Assembly: GCA_900315505.1 (NCBI GenBank) | Contig: OMZG01000006.1 | Span: forward strand, 1 to 64,000 | From: an uncultured Lachnospiraceae bacterium | GTDB taxonomy: Bacteria > Bacillota > Clostridia > Lachnospirales > Lachnospiraceae | Length of the DNA stretch: 64,000 nt | Reading direction: 5' to 3' | Shown here: one piece after another, positions 9,900 to 19,078 of the stretch | Position numbering within the stretch: the first letter of the stretch is position 1 | Layout: each line of letters begins with the position of its first letter | Program-made: the position numbers and the translations under genes | Notes under the pieces: generated by a model | The model's input: the letters and a program-made list of their open reading frames with translations, nothing else | The model's database searches: none | Told to the model about the DNA's origin: nothing

Positions 9900-9976
9900 G
9901 TCAGTTTTCCCTTGCAAATATATACAGAAAAATGTAGAATAGGCGTATATTTTTTGAAAGGAAGGCTTTTATTTTC

Positions 9977-10804
9977 ATGAATACGAAAAAAGAGACCTTA
10001 AGTCTGGTGCTTACAGCACTGTTTACGGCAATCATTATCATCATGGCATTCACTCCGCTCGGATACATCCCGCTTGGTGTCATCAATGCCACGATCATTC
10101 ACATCCCGGTCATTCTGGGTGCGATTTTTCTGGGACCGAAGAAAGGATCGTTTCTGGGATTTGTCTTTGGTCTGACCAGTTTCATCAAGAACACAGTCAC
10201 ACCTGCGACGGTCAGTGCATTTGTATTCTCGCCGGTGCTTGCAGCATCGCAGTTCGGAGTGTCTGGAGTATTCAAGAGCGCTTTTATCTGCTTCGTACCG
10301 AGGATACTCGTAGGAGTGTTCCCATACTATGTATTTCTTCTGGTGAAGAAGCTTTCGGGTGGAAATGCAGCTAAAGCGAAAGTAACAGTCCTTGATGCTG
10401 TTATCAGTGTGATAGCTTTTATCGGTCTGTCACAGCTATTACAGAGACAGATGAAAAACGGGACGGCAGCAATGGTACTGTCTGTTGTCATTGCGGCAGC
10501 AGTCTTTGCAGCACTTCTTGCACTCTCGCTGACAAAGGATTCGGGAGCGCTTGGATATGCATATGCCGGGCTTACAGGTGCACTTACGAATACATTTATC
10601 GTGATGCCATCGATCTATATACTTTATCATGATGCCTATGCAAAGGCTACAAATGTGGCACAGGATGCACTTCTTGGAGTGATCCTCGGAGTCATCGGAT
10701 TTAATGGCGTGATCGAGGCTGTTCTTGCAGCCGTGATCGTTGCAGCTATTGCTGGAGCACTGGTACACGTGGTTCCAACATACGCTGCCCGAAAGACAGC
10801 CTGA
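9977..10804 (+). CDS. Polytopic membrane protein resembling an ECF-transporter S component
   Basis: The N-terminus (IMAFTPLGYIPLGVINATIIHIPVILGAIFLGPKKG) resembles S components. It is longer (275 aa) than typical ones. Confidence 0.4.
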   Translation: MNTKKETLSLVLTALFTAIIIIMAFTPLGYIPLGVINATIIHIPVILGAIFLGPKKGSFLGFVFGLTSFIKNTVTPATVSAFVFSPVLAASQFGVSGVFKSAFICFVPRILVGVFPYYVFLLVKKLSGGNAAKAKVTVLDAVISVIAFIGLSQLLQRQMKNGTAAMVLSVVIAAAVFAALLALSLTKDSGALGYAYAGLTGALTNTFIVMPSIYILYHDAYAKATNVAQDALLGVILGVIGFNGVIEAVLAAVIVAAIAGALVHVVPTYAARKTA

Positions 10805-10827
10805 TATTTTCAGGAGAAGGAGAAGCT

Positions 10828-11733
10828 ATGCAGCAGATACTTGAGAAGAATCAGACCCTCGCGTACAGGATGTATGATCATCACCTGATAGCAGATGAGG
10901 ATGGCAGGTATTACTGCAGGGCAGCGAATACAGTCCTTGAACCGGACTTTGCTATATGTACGGACTGTCCGCTATGCAGCGGGAATTATCCGGATAATGA
11001 CTGCAGGTACTTTGATCTCGATGATCCGAAGGATCATTATGAGCAGCTGTACACGACACCGGAGATGGAGATGACCCGTATCCATGATTTCATAGAGACG
11101 GGTATTACCGGGGAGTTTCCGGAATTCATCGAGGAGGATGGCTCGGAAGGACAGCTGACAGTAGAAAGGGCTATCAGGTTCGCGGCAATGGCGCATAAGG
11201 GTGCCTACAGGAAGGGCAATCACGTACCGTATATCGTCCATCCTATAGAGACTATGATGCTTGTCGCAAAGATGACAGATGATACAGATGTCATCGCAGC
11301 GGCAGCTCTTCATGACGTAATAGAGGATACACAATACACAGCCGATGATCTTTGTCAGATATTCGGAGAGCGGATCACTGATCTGGTCGCTTCAGAGTCA
11401 GAGGACAAGCGGGCAGGCCAGCCTAAGGGCGATACCTGGAAGATAAGGAAGGAAGAGAATCTCGAGCATGTGAAGAATGCTCCGGTAGAGTCGCAGATGA
11501 TAATGCTTGCAGACAAGGTGAGTAATCTCCGTGCGACGGTCAGGGATTTCCGCCAGAGCGGCTCAGATATCTGGGACAAGTTCAATATGAAGGATGAGGC
11601 GCAGCAGGCGTGGTATTACAAGAGCGTGGCGCATGTGCTTAAGAATCTGTCGTATCTTCCGGCATATCAGGAGTATCTGTATATGCTCGAGGAGGTGTTC
11701 GAGGGAGTGGACACTCCGCCGCTTATCCAGTAA
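10828..11733 (+). CDS. HD-domain (p)ppGpp-hydrolase-like protein (SpoT/SAH type) with N-terminal Cys4 segment
   Basis: YIVHPIETMMLV...AAALHDVIEDT matches the RelA/SpoT hydrolase HD motif. The N-terminal 70 aa carries C..C..C..C. Confidence 0.6.
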   Translation: MQQILEKNQTLAYRMYDHHLIADEDGRYYCRAANTVLEPDFAICTDCPLCSGNYPDNDCRYFDLDDPKDHYEQLYTTPEMEMTRIHDFIETGITGEFPEFIEEDGSEGQLTVERAIRFAAMAHKGAYRKGNHVPYIVHPIETMMLVAKMTDDTDVIAAAALHDVIEDTQYTADDLCQIFGERITDLVASESEDKRAGQPKGDTWKIRKEENLEHVKNAPVESQMIMLADKVSNLRATVRDFRQSGSDIWDKFNMKDEAQQAWYYKSVAHVLKNLSYLPAYQEYLYMLEEVFEGVDTPPLIQ

Positions 11734-11749
11734 AAAGTGCTTGAAATCA

Positions 11750-11778
11750 GCTGCATTTTATTATAGAATAGAAATCAC
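11750..11778 (+). promoter_or_regulatory. Sigma70-like promoter
   Basis: TTGAAA, a 17-nt spacer, then TAGAAT. Confidence 0.35.
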
Positions 11779-11840
11779 GTGAGGGTTTCCCTCAGCAGCT
11801 GTGAAAGAATAGCAGGAACAGTTATAAGAGGAAATAGTTC

Positions 11841-12177
11841 AATGAGTCTTTCAGTAGGAAGAGTAGGCGGGGTTTCGACTTCCTCAGTATCTTCTGTAGG
11901 TACGAGGAATTATGCATATAATGTATCGAACAGGAGCGACGTCAGTGATGTTTACACCGAGCGGATATCAGAGATTGATCCGTCACAGGCGGTAGACCCG
12001 ACCAGCCCGGTAAAATACGCATCAGCCACAAGAGGCAGGGAGAAGGCTTTGGAATCAAAGGAGGCCAGCGCAGGATATAATGATCTGGCTTCCAGCTTCA
12101 ATATAGGCGGCTATGACGGCTCCGGCAGTTCATTCGCGTATTCAGTAGTCGGGAAGAATTACGACGAGTTCGTGTGA
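11841..12177 (+). CDS. Small Ser/Gly-rich hypothetical protein
   Basis: The ATG at 11841 follows an AAGAGGA RBS. 112 aa, low complexity. The track ORF at 11779 looks like a non-ATG extension. Confidence 0.3.
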
Positions 12178-12235
12178 TCATTGATTATGAATGACGATCA
12201 GACAGAGCAGGGACGGGTTCATTTTTTATCATCAG

Positions 12236-12270
12236 ATGAAAAAGGGACCCGTCCCTTTTTTCATCTTTCA
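12236..12270. terminator. Palindromic terminator module, copy 1
   Basis: GATGAAAAAGGGAC-CC-GTCCCTTTTTTCATC, followed by a T run. Confidence 0.55.
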
Positions 12271-12281
12271 GAGAGGTGTAT

Positions 12282-13433
12282 ATGTACGAGTTGATGGCGC
12301 CATGCCACTTTGGCCTGGAGGCGGTGCTTAAGAGAGAAATATACGATCTGGGATACGAGATTACGAGTGTTGAGGATGGCCATGTATGTTACTCGGCCGA
12401 TGAGCAGGGCATGGTACTGTCCAATCTGTGCCTCAGGACTGCTGAGAGAGTGCTCCTGGTCGTGGGCAGATTTACAGCAAGAGATTACGAGAGCTTTTTT
12501 CAGGGGATAGTATCACTCCCGTGGGAGAAGTACCTTCCGCGGAATGCGAGATTCTGGGTGACGAAGGCTACTACGGTGAAGAGTGCGCTTTTTTCAACGA
12601 CTGATCTGCAGAGGGTCGGGAAGAGGGCGATGGTGAAGAGACTCTCACAGATGTATGGTATAGACCTTTTCCCGGAAGATGGGGCTGATTATCCGGTCAG
12701 GCTTTTTCTGTACAAGGATGTGGTGACGGTGACTCTTGATACATCGGGAGAGGCGCTGCATAAGAGAGGTTACAGGAAGAAGACAGGTAAGGCTCCGATA
12801 TCAGAGACACTTGCCTCGGCTCTTCTGATGCTTACTCCGTGGCGGGCAGAGCGGATCCTTGCTGATCCGTTCTGCGGCAGCGGAACCTTTCTCATAGAAG
12901 CAGCTCAGATGGCAGCAGGTATCGCACCGGGACTGTACCGTGATTTTTCCTCGATGAGGTGGACGAATCTCATCGACAGTAAGATATGGAAGGAAGAAAA
13001 GAAGTGGCTGCTTGAGGCAGTGAACAAGTCAGTGCCGACTCATCTGTACGGTAGTGATACGGACCCGGAGATGATCACTGTGGCGAGAGAAAATGCCCGC
13101 CGCGCAGGAGTGGAGCGGATGATCACGTTCAGAAGGGCGGATGTGGCTGATTTCTCCAATAAGGAGCCGTACGGATTCATCGTTACGAATCCGCCGTATG
13201 GTGAGAGGATTTCAGAAAAGGAAGAGCTGCCGGAGCTGTACAGGAAGCTTGCTGAAGCATACAGAGGGCTTGACAGATGGTCGATGTATGTGATCACGGC
13301 GTGGGAGGATGCACCGAGGTATCTGGGCAGGCCGGTGAAGAACAGGAAGATATACAATGGCATGATGAAGACGTACTACTATCAGTATCCGGGGCCACGG
13401 CCGCCGAAGGGGTATTTCGATGACAAGGATTGA
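12282..13433 (+). CDS. THUMP-domain class I SAM-dependent RNA methyltransferase (RlmL/YpsC-like)
   Basis: Carries the NPPYGERI motif and an N-terminal THUMP-like region. RBS GAGAGG is 5 nt before the ATG. Confidence 0.75.
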   Translation: MYELMAPCHFGLEAVLKREIYDLGYEITSVEDGHVCYSADEQGMVLSNLCLRTAERVLLVVGRFTARDYESFFQGIVSLPWEKYLPRNARFWVTKATTVKSALFSTTDLQRVGKRAMVKRLSQMYGIDLFPEDGADYPVRLFLYKDVVTVTLDTSGEALHKRGYRKKTGKAPISETLASALLMLTPWRAERILADPFCGSGTFLIEAAQMAAGIAPGLYRDFSSMRWTNLIDSKIWKEEKKWLLEAVNKSVPTHLYGSDTDPEMITVARENARRAGVERMITFRRADVADFSNKEPYGFIVTNPPYGERISEKEELPELYRKLAEAYRGLDRWSMYVITAWEDAPRYLGRPVKNRKIYNGMMKTYYYQYPGPRPPKGYFDDKD

Positions 13434-14538
13434 GACAAGGGTTATGGCCCTGATCACGGTGATAGTGACAGCGATCGCAGTCTCAGGTATCCTTATCATC
13501 TACCTTATGCAGGGCACGCCGATGCTTGCCCGCACCCGTGTGCCGGACAAGAGCGGATCGCTGATCGCATATATCAGACAGCAGCAGAAGAATGCCTCTG
13601 CATACGACAGGCTGCATGAACTCGAGCTGCATATCCCTACAGGCCACAAGGCATCGGACTTTACGATTGAGGCGAAGGATGAGTATAAGGGATATATCAT
13701 TCACATACCGGGCATCAATGCCTCGTATTTCGCGGACTATCCGGTATCAGGAAATGGAAGAAATATAAGCGACATGACTTACAATGTCACCCACAAGGGT
13801 GGCTCGATAAATATCACCACTGACCAGCCGTTTTTCATAAAGAAGTCATCCGATGGGAAGAGAGTCTTCTTTGACTTCACTGCGCCGAGGGATTATTTCG
13901 ACAAGATAGTGGTCATAGATGCCGGTCATGGCGGCCGCGACAAGGGTGCAGAGTGCGAGGGAGTATATGAGAAGTATATTACCCTTGCGATTGCAAAAAA
14001 GATAAAGGCCATCACCGGTACTGATGCGATGCCGGAACTCACTGAGTATGGTGATGAGCTTTCGGCTATGCAGATAGACGGAGTCGGGAAGGTTGGCTTT
14101 TTCTATACGAGACTGACTGACAGGAAGGTTTTCCTGAATGAACGTGGCAGATTTGCACGTACCTTTGATCCGGATCTGTTCCTGTCAGTTCATATCAATT
14201 CGACGTCGACAGGCAGGATCTCATATATCAATGGCGCAAGCGTCCTCTACCGCGCTGGCGACAGGACCGGCGAGTCAAAGAAATTTGCAGACCTGATCCT
14301 TAAGAACCTGCTGAAGGATCTGAAGTGTACGAGCAAGGGAACCATAGCCGGAGATGAGATGTATCTGATACGTACCTCAGCCGAGCCGTGCGCGCTTGCA
14401 GAGATCGGATTCCTGACGAATCCGGATGAGCATAAGAAGCTGATTTCAGATTCATACCAGCAGAAGGCTGCACAGTCGCTCGTGGATTCGATAGAGCAGT
14501 ATCTTAAAAGGGGTCAGGAGTCAGAGGACAGGGATTAG
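13420..14538 (+). CDS. N-acetylmuramoyl-L-alanine amidase (Amidase_3), membrane-anchored
   Basis: N-terminal TM segment. IDAGHGGRDKGA...SVHINS are Amidase_3 motifs. Confidence 0.75.
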   Translation: MTRIETRVMALITVIVTAIAVSGILIIYLMQGTPMLARTRVPDKSGSLIAYIRQQQKNASAYDRLHELELHIPTGHKASDFTIEAKDEYKGYIIHIPGINASYFADYPVSGNGRNISDMTYNVTHKGGSINITTDQPFFIKKSSDGKRVFFDFTAPRDYFDKIVVIDAGHGGRDKGAECEGVYEKYITLAIAKKIKAITGTDAMPELTEYGDELSAMQIDGVGKVGFFYTRLTDRKVFLNERGRFARTFDPDLFLSVHINSTSTGRISYINGASVLYRAGDRTGESKKFADLILKNLLKDLKCTSKGTIAGDEMYLIRTSAEPCALAEIGFLTNPDEHKKLISDSYQQKAAQSLVDSIEQYLKRGQESEDRD

Positions 14539-14569
14539 GTGAGAGGCGTGATTACTGGTTGGAGGTTTT

Positions 14570-15166
14570 ATGAACAGAATTATTTTTGCAACAGGAAATA
14601 AAAACAAGGTTCGTGAATGTCATGAGATACTGAAGGACGTGGCTGACGAGATCATTTCGATGAAGGAAGCAGGACTTGATCCTGATATAGATGAGAACGG
14701 GAAGACATTTGAAAAAAATGCGATGATAAAGGCGAAGGCAGTCCATGATCTGGCACCTGACTGCATCGTGATAGCAGATGATTCAGGACTCGTGGTTGAT
14801 GCATTAAATGGTGAGCCTGGAATCTATTCTGCCAGATATCTTGGAGAAGATACCTCATATGATATCAAGAATGCAAAAATACTTGAGCGCATGCAGGGTG
14901 TCCCAAGAGAAAAGCGCACGGCGAGATTCGTCTGTGCAATGGCAGTCATCATGCCTGATGGAGATTCATTTACGAAGACAGGCGTGATGGAGGGCTATAT
15001 AGGAGACCATGCGGAGGGTGAGAACGGATTTGGCTATGATCCTATATTTTTCGTAGAGCCGCAGAACTGCTCAACTGCAGTACTGTCTCCGGATGAAAAG
15101 AATGCTATATCTCACAGGGGACAGGCGATGAGAGCGATGAGGGAAGAGCTGGTTAAGAGGATATAG
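14570..15166 (+). CDS. rdgB: Non-canonical purine NTP pyrophosphatase (RdgB/HAM1)
   Basis: MNRIIFATGNKNKVRE signature. 198 aa. Confidence 0.85.
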   Translation: MNRIIFATGNKNKVRECHEILKDVADEIISMKEAGLDPDIDENGKTFEKNAMIKAKAVHDLAPDCIVIADDSGLVVDALNGEPGIYSARYLGEDTSYDIKNAKILERMQGVPREKRTARFVCAMAVIMPDGDSFTKTGVMEGYIGDHAEGENGFGYDPIFFVEPQNCSTAVLSPDEKNAISHRGQAMRAMREELVKRI

Positions 15167-15234
15167 GATATAGGGGATAGGGGATAGGGGATAGGGGATA
15201 GGCTGTCCCTAACCCCTGACCCCTAATCCCTCAC
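15163..15234 (+). repeat. Tandem-repeat hairpin (GGGGATA)4 with a C-rich partner arm
   Basis: ATAGGATATAGGGGATAGGGGATAGGGGATAGGGGATAGG, loop CTGT, then CCCTAACCCCTGACCCCTAATCCC. Confidence 0.5.
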
Positions 15235-15247
15235 GAAGGAGACCTAT

Positions 15248-15739
15248 ATGAATGATACACTAGTCCTTGTAGTAAGCGATTCACATGGCAGGCAGGAAAA
15301 TCTCGACCGTGCCATCATACAGACGCAGCCGGATATCATCTATCACCTTGGAGATGCACAGGGGTATGAGGATGAGATCAGAGCAGAGTGCGGCGTACCA
15401 TTTTTCTATGTGAGAGGGAACTGCGACTGGGGCAGCGATGCGCCGCTGTATCAGGTGACTTCACTCGGAAAGCACAAGATTTTCCTGACCCATGGACACA
15501 TGTATGATGTGAAGTATTCGGACTATGATCTGATAGAGGCTGCACAGAAGGAAGGCTGCGATGTGGCAATATACGGGCATACGCACATACCAGAGCTTGT
15601 GCAGGCAGACGGAATGACGATCCTCAATCCCGGATCCATTTCCCTTCCACGCCAGCCGGACAGGATACCGACCTTTGCGACGATAGATGTGGACCGGGAC
15701 GGAGAGCTGCATTTTACCATAAATGAGATGAAGCCTTGA
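15248..15739 (+). CDS. YfcE/MJ0936-family metallophosphoesterase
   Basis: VVSDSHG, GDAQG, GNCD and GHTH motifs in the order typical of a calcineurin-like phosphoesterase. Confidence 0.8.
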   Translation: MNDTLVLVVSDSHGRQENLDRAIIQTQPDIIYHLGDAQGYEDEIRAECGVPFFYVRGNCDWGSDAPLYQVTSLGKHKIFLTHGHMYDVKYSDYDLIEAAQKEGCDVAIYGHTHIPELVQADGMTILNPGSISLPRQPDRIPTFATIDVDRDGELHFTINEMKP

Positions 15740-15764
15740 CAAAGAAGCCTTAAGCACATAGAAT
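15736..15764 (+). promoter_or_regulatory. Consensus sigma70 promoter for ileS
   Basis: TTGACA, a 17-nt spacer, then TAGAAT. The -35 box overlaps the yfcE stop codon. Confidence 0.5.
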
Positions 15765-15782
15765 TAACATTCAGGGTTTAAT

Positions 15783-15842
15783 AGTTCGTAGTTCTGAGTT
15801 CTGAGTTAATAGCTAAGAACTATGAACTACGAACTATGAACT
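15783..15842 (+). repeat. Tandem-repeat imperfect hairpin in the ileS leader
   Basis: (AGTTCKTAGTTCTG)n, centre TAATAGCTAA, then (AGAACTATGAACTAC)n. Confidence 0.45.
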
Positions 15843-15867
15843 AAAATAAATGAAAGGATCTGCGTAT

Positions 15868-18800
15868 ATGAAAACTATCTACGACAGCGTAAATACTGAC
15901 ATGGATTTCGTCGGCAGGGAGCACCAGGTCGAGGAATTCTGGAGAGATGAGAATATCTTCGAGAAGTCAGAAGAAGATAATAAAGGCAAGGGGGAGACCT
16001 ATACCTTCTATGACGGACCACCGACGGCAAACGGCAAGCCGCATATAGGACATGTACTGACACGAGTGATCAAGGACATGATCCCGAGATACCAGACCAT
16101 GAAGGGTAAGTATGTACCGAGAAAGGCCGGCTGGGACACACACGGACTCCCGGTAGAGCTCGAGGTAGAGAAGAAGCTCGGCCTCGATGGCAAGGATCAG
16201 ATCGAGAAGTACGGAATCGAGCCATTCGTCAGGCAGTGTAAGGAAAGCGTCTGGAAGTACAAGGGGATGTGGGAAAAGTTCTCTGACCAGGTAGGATTCT
16301 GGGCAGATATGAAGCACCCGTACATCACCTACGATAATAATTTCATTGAGTCCGAGTGGTGGGCTCTGAAGGAGATCTGGGACAAGGGACTCCTGTACAA
16401 GGGCTTCAAGGTAGTACCATACTGTCCTCGCTGCGGAACTCCTCTTTCAGCACAGGAGGTAGCACAGGGATATAAGACAGTAAAGGAGCGCTCGGCAATC
16501 GTCCGCTTCAAGGCGGTCGGTGAGGATGCATATTTCCTCGCATGGACGACTACACCGTGGACGCTTCCATCGAATGTAGCACTATGCGTGAATCCGGATG
16601 AGAGCTATGTGAAGGTAAAATGTGCAGACGGCTACACCTATTATATGGCCGAGGCACTTCTTGATACTGTATTAGGAAAATTCGCTGAGGATGACAAGCC
16701 TGCATACGAGATCCTTGAGAGATACAAGGGAATCGATCTCGAGCACAAGGAATACGAGCCGCTCTATGACTGCGCAAAGGCAAGAGCCGACAAGCAGCAC
16801 AAGAAGGGCTTCTATATCACTGCAGACAGCTATGTCACTATGACAGACGGTACCGGAATTGTACATATTGCTCCTGCATTCGGTGAGGACGACAGCAAGG
16901 TCGGCAAGGAGTATGATCTGCCGTTTGTCCAGTTCGTGGATGACAAGGGAAATATGACCGGGGAGACCCCGTTCGCAGGACTCTTCGTAAAGAATGCAGA
17001 CCCGGAGGTTCTGAAGGATCTCGACAAGAGAGGACTCCTTTTCGATGCCCCGAAGTTCGAGCATGACTATCCACACTGCTGGAGATGCGATACACCGCTT
17101 ATCTACTATGCCCGTGAGTCATGGTTTATCAAGATGACAGAGGTCAGGGACGAGCTTGTCGCAAATAATAAGACAGTCAACTGGATCCCGCCATCAATCG
17201 GAGAGGGCAGATTTGGAAACTGGCTTGAGAACGTCCAGGACTGGGGCGTTTCAAGAAACAGATACTGGGGCACCCCGATGAATATCTGGGAGTGCGAGGA
17301 CTGCGGATATCAGGAGGCTATCGGAAGCAGGGCAGAGCTTGCTGAAAGAAGCGGCAATCCTGATGATGCAAAGGTCGAGCTTCACAGACCATATATCGAT
17401 AAGGTGACGATGAAGTGCCCGAAGTGTGGTAAGACAATGCACCGCATTCCGGAGGTACTTGACTGCTGGTTCGATTCAGGCGCAATGCCATTTGCACAGC
17501 ATCATTATCCATTCGAGAATCAGGAGACCTTCAAGGAGCAGTTCCCGGCAGAGTTCATTTCAGAGGCAGTGGACCAGACCCGTGGATGGTTCTATTCACT
17601 GATGGCAGAGTCAACACTTCTTTTCCACTGTGCGCCATACAAGAACGTCATCGTGCTTGGCCATGTACAGGACAAGAACGGCCAGAAGATGAGCAAGAGC
17701 AAGGGCAATGCAGTAGATCCTTTCGAGGCTCTCGATAAGTTCGGAGCAGATGCGATCAGATGGTATTTCTATATTAATTCCGCACCATGGCTCCCGAACA
17801 AGTTCCACGAGGACGCAGTAAAGGACGGTCAGAAGAAGTTCTTATCTACACTCTGGAATACATACGCATTCTATGTGCTGTATGCAAATATCGATAATTT
17901 CGACCCGACGAAGTACACGCTTGACTATGACAAGCTGCCTGTAATGGACAGATGGGTTCTGTCAAGACTCAATACCACGGTTGGTGAAGTGGATAATGAC
18001 CTCGGAAGCTACAAGATCCCTGAGGCTGCAAGAGCACTTGAATCCTTCGTGGATGAGCTTTCGAACTGGTATGTGCGCCGCTGCCGTGAGAGATTCTGGG
18101 CAAAGGGCATGGAGCAGGACAAGATAAATGCCTACGAGACACTCTATACCTGTCTCGTGACGATCTCCAGGACTGCAGCACCGATGATCCCGTTCATGAC
18201 AGAGGAGATCTATCAGAATATCGTAAGAAAGGTAGATGCATCAGCACCTGAGTCAATCCATCTGTGTAAGTTCCCTGAGGTTAATGAGGCTTACATTGAC
18301 AAGGACCTCGAGGACAGGATGGGTGAGCTGCTCAAGGTAGTAGTAGCCGGACGTGCCTGCCGTAATGCAAGCAATATCAAGAACAGACAGCCTCTTGCAC
18401 AGATGTTTATCAAGGCTGATGAGAAGCTCGACAAGTTCTATACAGATATCATCGCAGACGAGCTGAATGTGAAGAAGGTAGAGTTCAGAGATGACGTATC
18501 AGACCTTACGACATACACCTTCAAGCCTCAGCTGAAGACAGTCGGACCTAAGTACGGCAAGTTCCTCGGAAAGATTCAGGCAGCACTGAAGGAGCTAGAT
18601 GGCAACAAGGCAATGGCAGAGCTTAATGAGAACGGAGTTCTGAAGTTCCCTGAGATAGATAGCAGTATTGAGTTGTCAAAGGATGACCTTCTGATCACTG
18701 AAGAGGCAGAGCCGGGCTATGTGACAAGCAGCAATGGCCCAGTCACAGTAGTCATGGATACGAACCTGACACCAGAACTCATTGAAGAGGGATTTGTCAG

Positions 18801-19038
18801 AGAACTGATCTCCAAGATCCAGACAATGAGAAAAGAAGCAGGATTCGAGGTCATGGACCGCATCTCTGTGGGCTATTCAGGCAATGACAGGATCAAAGAG
18901 ATTTTTGAAAAGAATAGTGATATCATAAGTGGTGAAATTTTAGCTGACAGCATTACGGAAGGAGATATACCTGAAGGTTATCAGAAGGAGTGGAACATCA
19001 ACGGAGAAAGGGTTTCGCTTTCGGTTAAAAAGAACTAA
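15868..19038 (+). CDS. ileS: Isoleucine--tRNA ligase
   Basis: HIGH motif (PHIGHVLTR) and KMSKS motif. 1057 aa. RBS AAAGGA precedes the ATG at 15868; the track start at 15850 lacks an RBS. Confidence 0.95.
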   Translation: MKTIYDSVNTDMDFVGREHQVEEFWRDENIFEKSEEDNKGKGETYTFYDGPPTANGKPHIGHVLTRVIKDMIPRYQTMKGKYVPRKAGWDTHGLPVELEVEKKLGLDGKDQIEKYGIEPFVRQCKESVWKYKGMWEKFSDQVGFWADMKHPYITYDNNFIESEWWALKEIWDKGLLYKGFKVVPYCPRCGTPLSAQEVAQGYKTVKERSAIVRFKAVGEDAYFLAWTTTPWTLPSNVALCVNPDESYVKVKCADGYTYYMAEALLDTVLGKFAEDDKPAYEILERYKGIDLEHKEYEPLYDCAKARADKQHKKGFYITADSYVTMTDGTGIVHIAPAFGEDDSKVGKEYDLPFVQFVDDKGNMTGETPFAGLFVKNADPEVLKDLDKRGLLFDAPKFEHDYPHCWRCDTPLIYYARESWFIKMTEVRDELVANNKTVNWIPPSIGEGRFGNWLENVQDWGVSRNRYWGTPMNIWECEDCGYQEAIGSRAELAERSGNPDDAKVELHRPYIDKVTMKCPKCGKTMHRIPEVLDCWFDSGAMPFAQHHYPFENQETFKEQFPAEFISEAVDQTRGWFYSLMAESTLLFHCAPYKNVIVLGHVQDKNGQKMSKSKGNAVDPFEALDKFGADAIRWYFYINSAPWLPNKFHEDAVKDGQKKFLSTLWNTYAFYVLYANIDNFDPTKYTLDYDKLPVMDRWVLSRLNTTVGEVDNDLGSYKIPEAARALESFVDELSNWYVRRCRERFWAKGMEQDKINAYETLYTCLVTISRTAAPMIPFMTEEIYQNIVRKVDASAPESIHLCKFPEVNEAYIDKDLEDRMGELLKVVVAGRACRNASNIKNRQPLAQMFIKADEKLDKFYTDIIADELNVKKVEFRDDVSDLTTYTFKPQLKTVGPKYGKFLGKIQAALKELDGNKAMAELNENGVLKFPEIDSSIELSKDDLLITEEAEPGYVTSSNGPVTVVMDTNLTPELIEEGFVRELISKIQTMRKEAGFEVMDRISVGYSGNDRIKEIFEKNSDIISGEILADSITEGDIPEGYQKEWNINGERVSLSVKKN

Positions 19039-19078
19039 GTCAAGGAGACGCAGACGACCAGTACGCAGGGAGGACACA

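Noticed and set aside
15740-15867. T-box riboswitch upstream of ileS
   Set aside because: The spacer is only 128 nt and lacks a T-box sequence (AATTAGGGTGGNACCGCG-type) or specifier-loop architecture.
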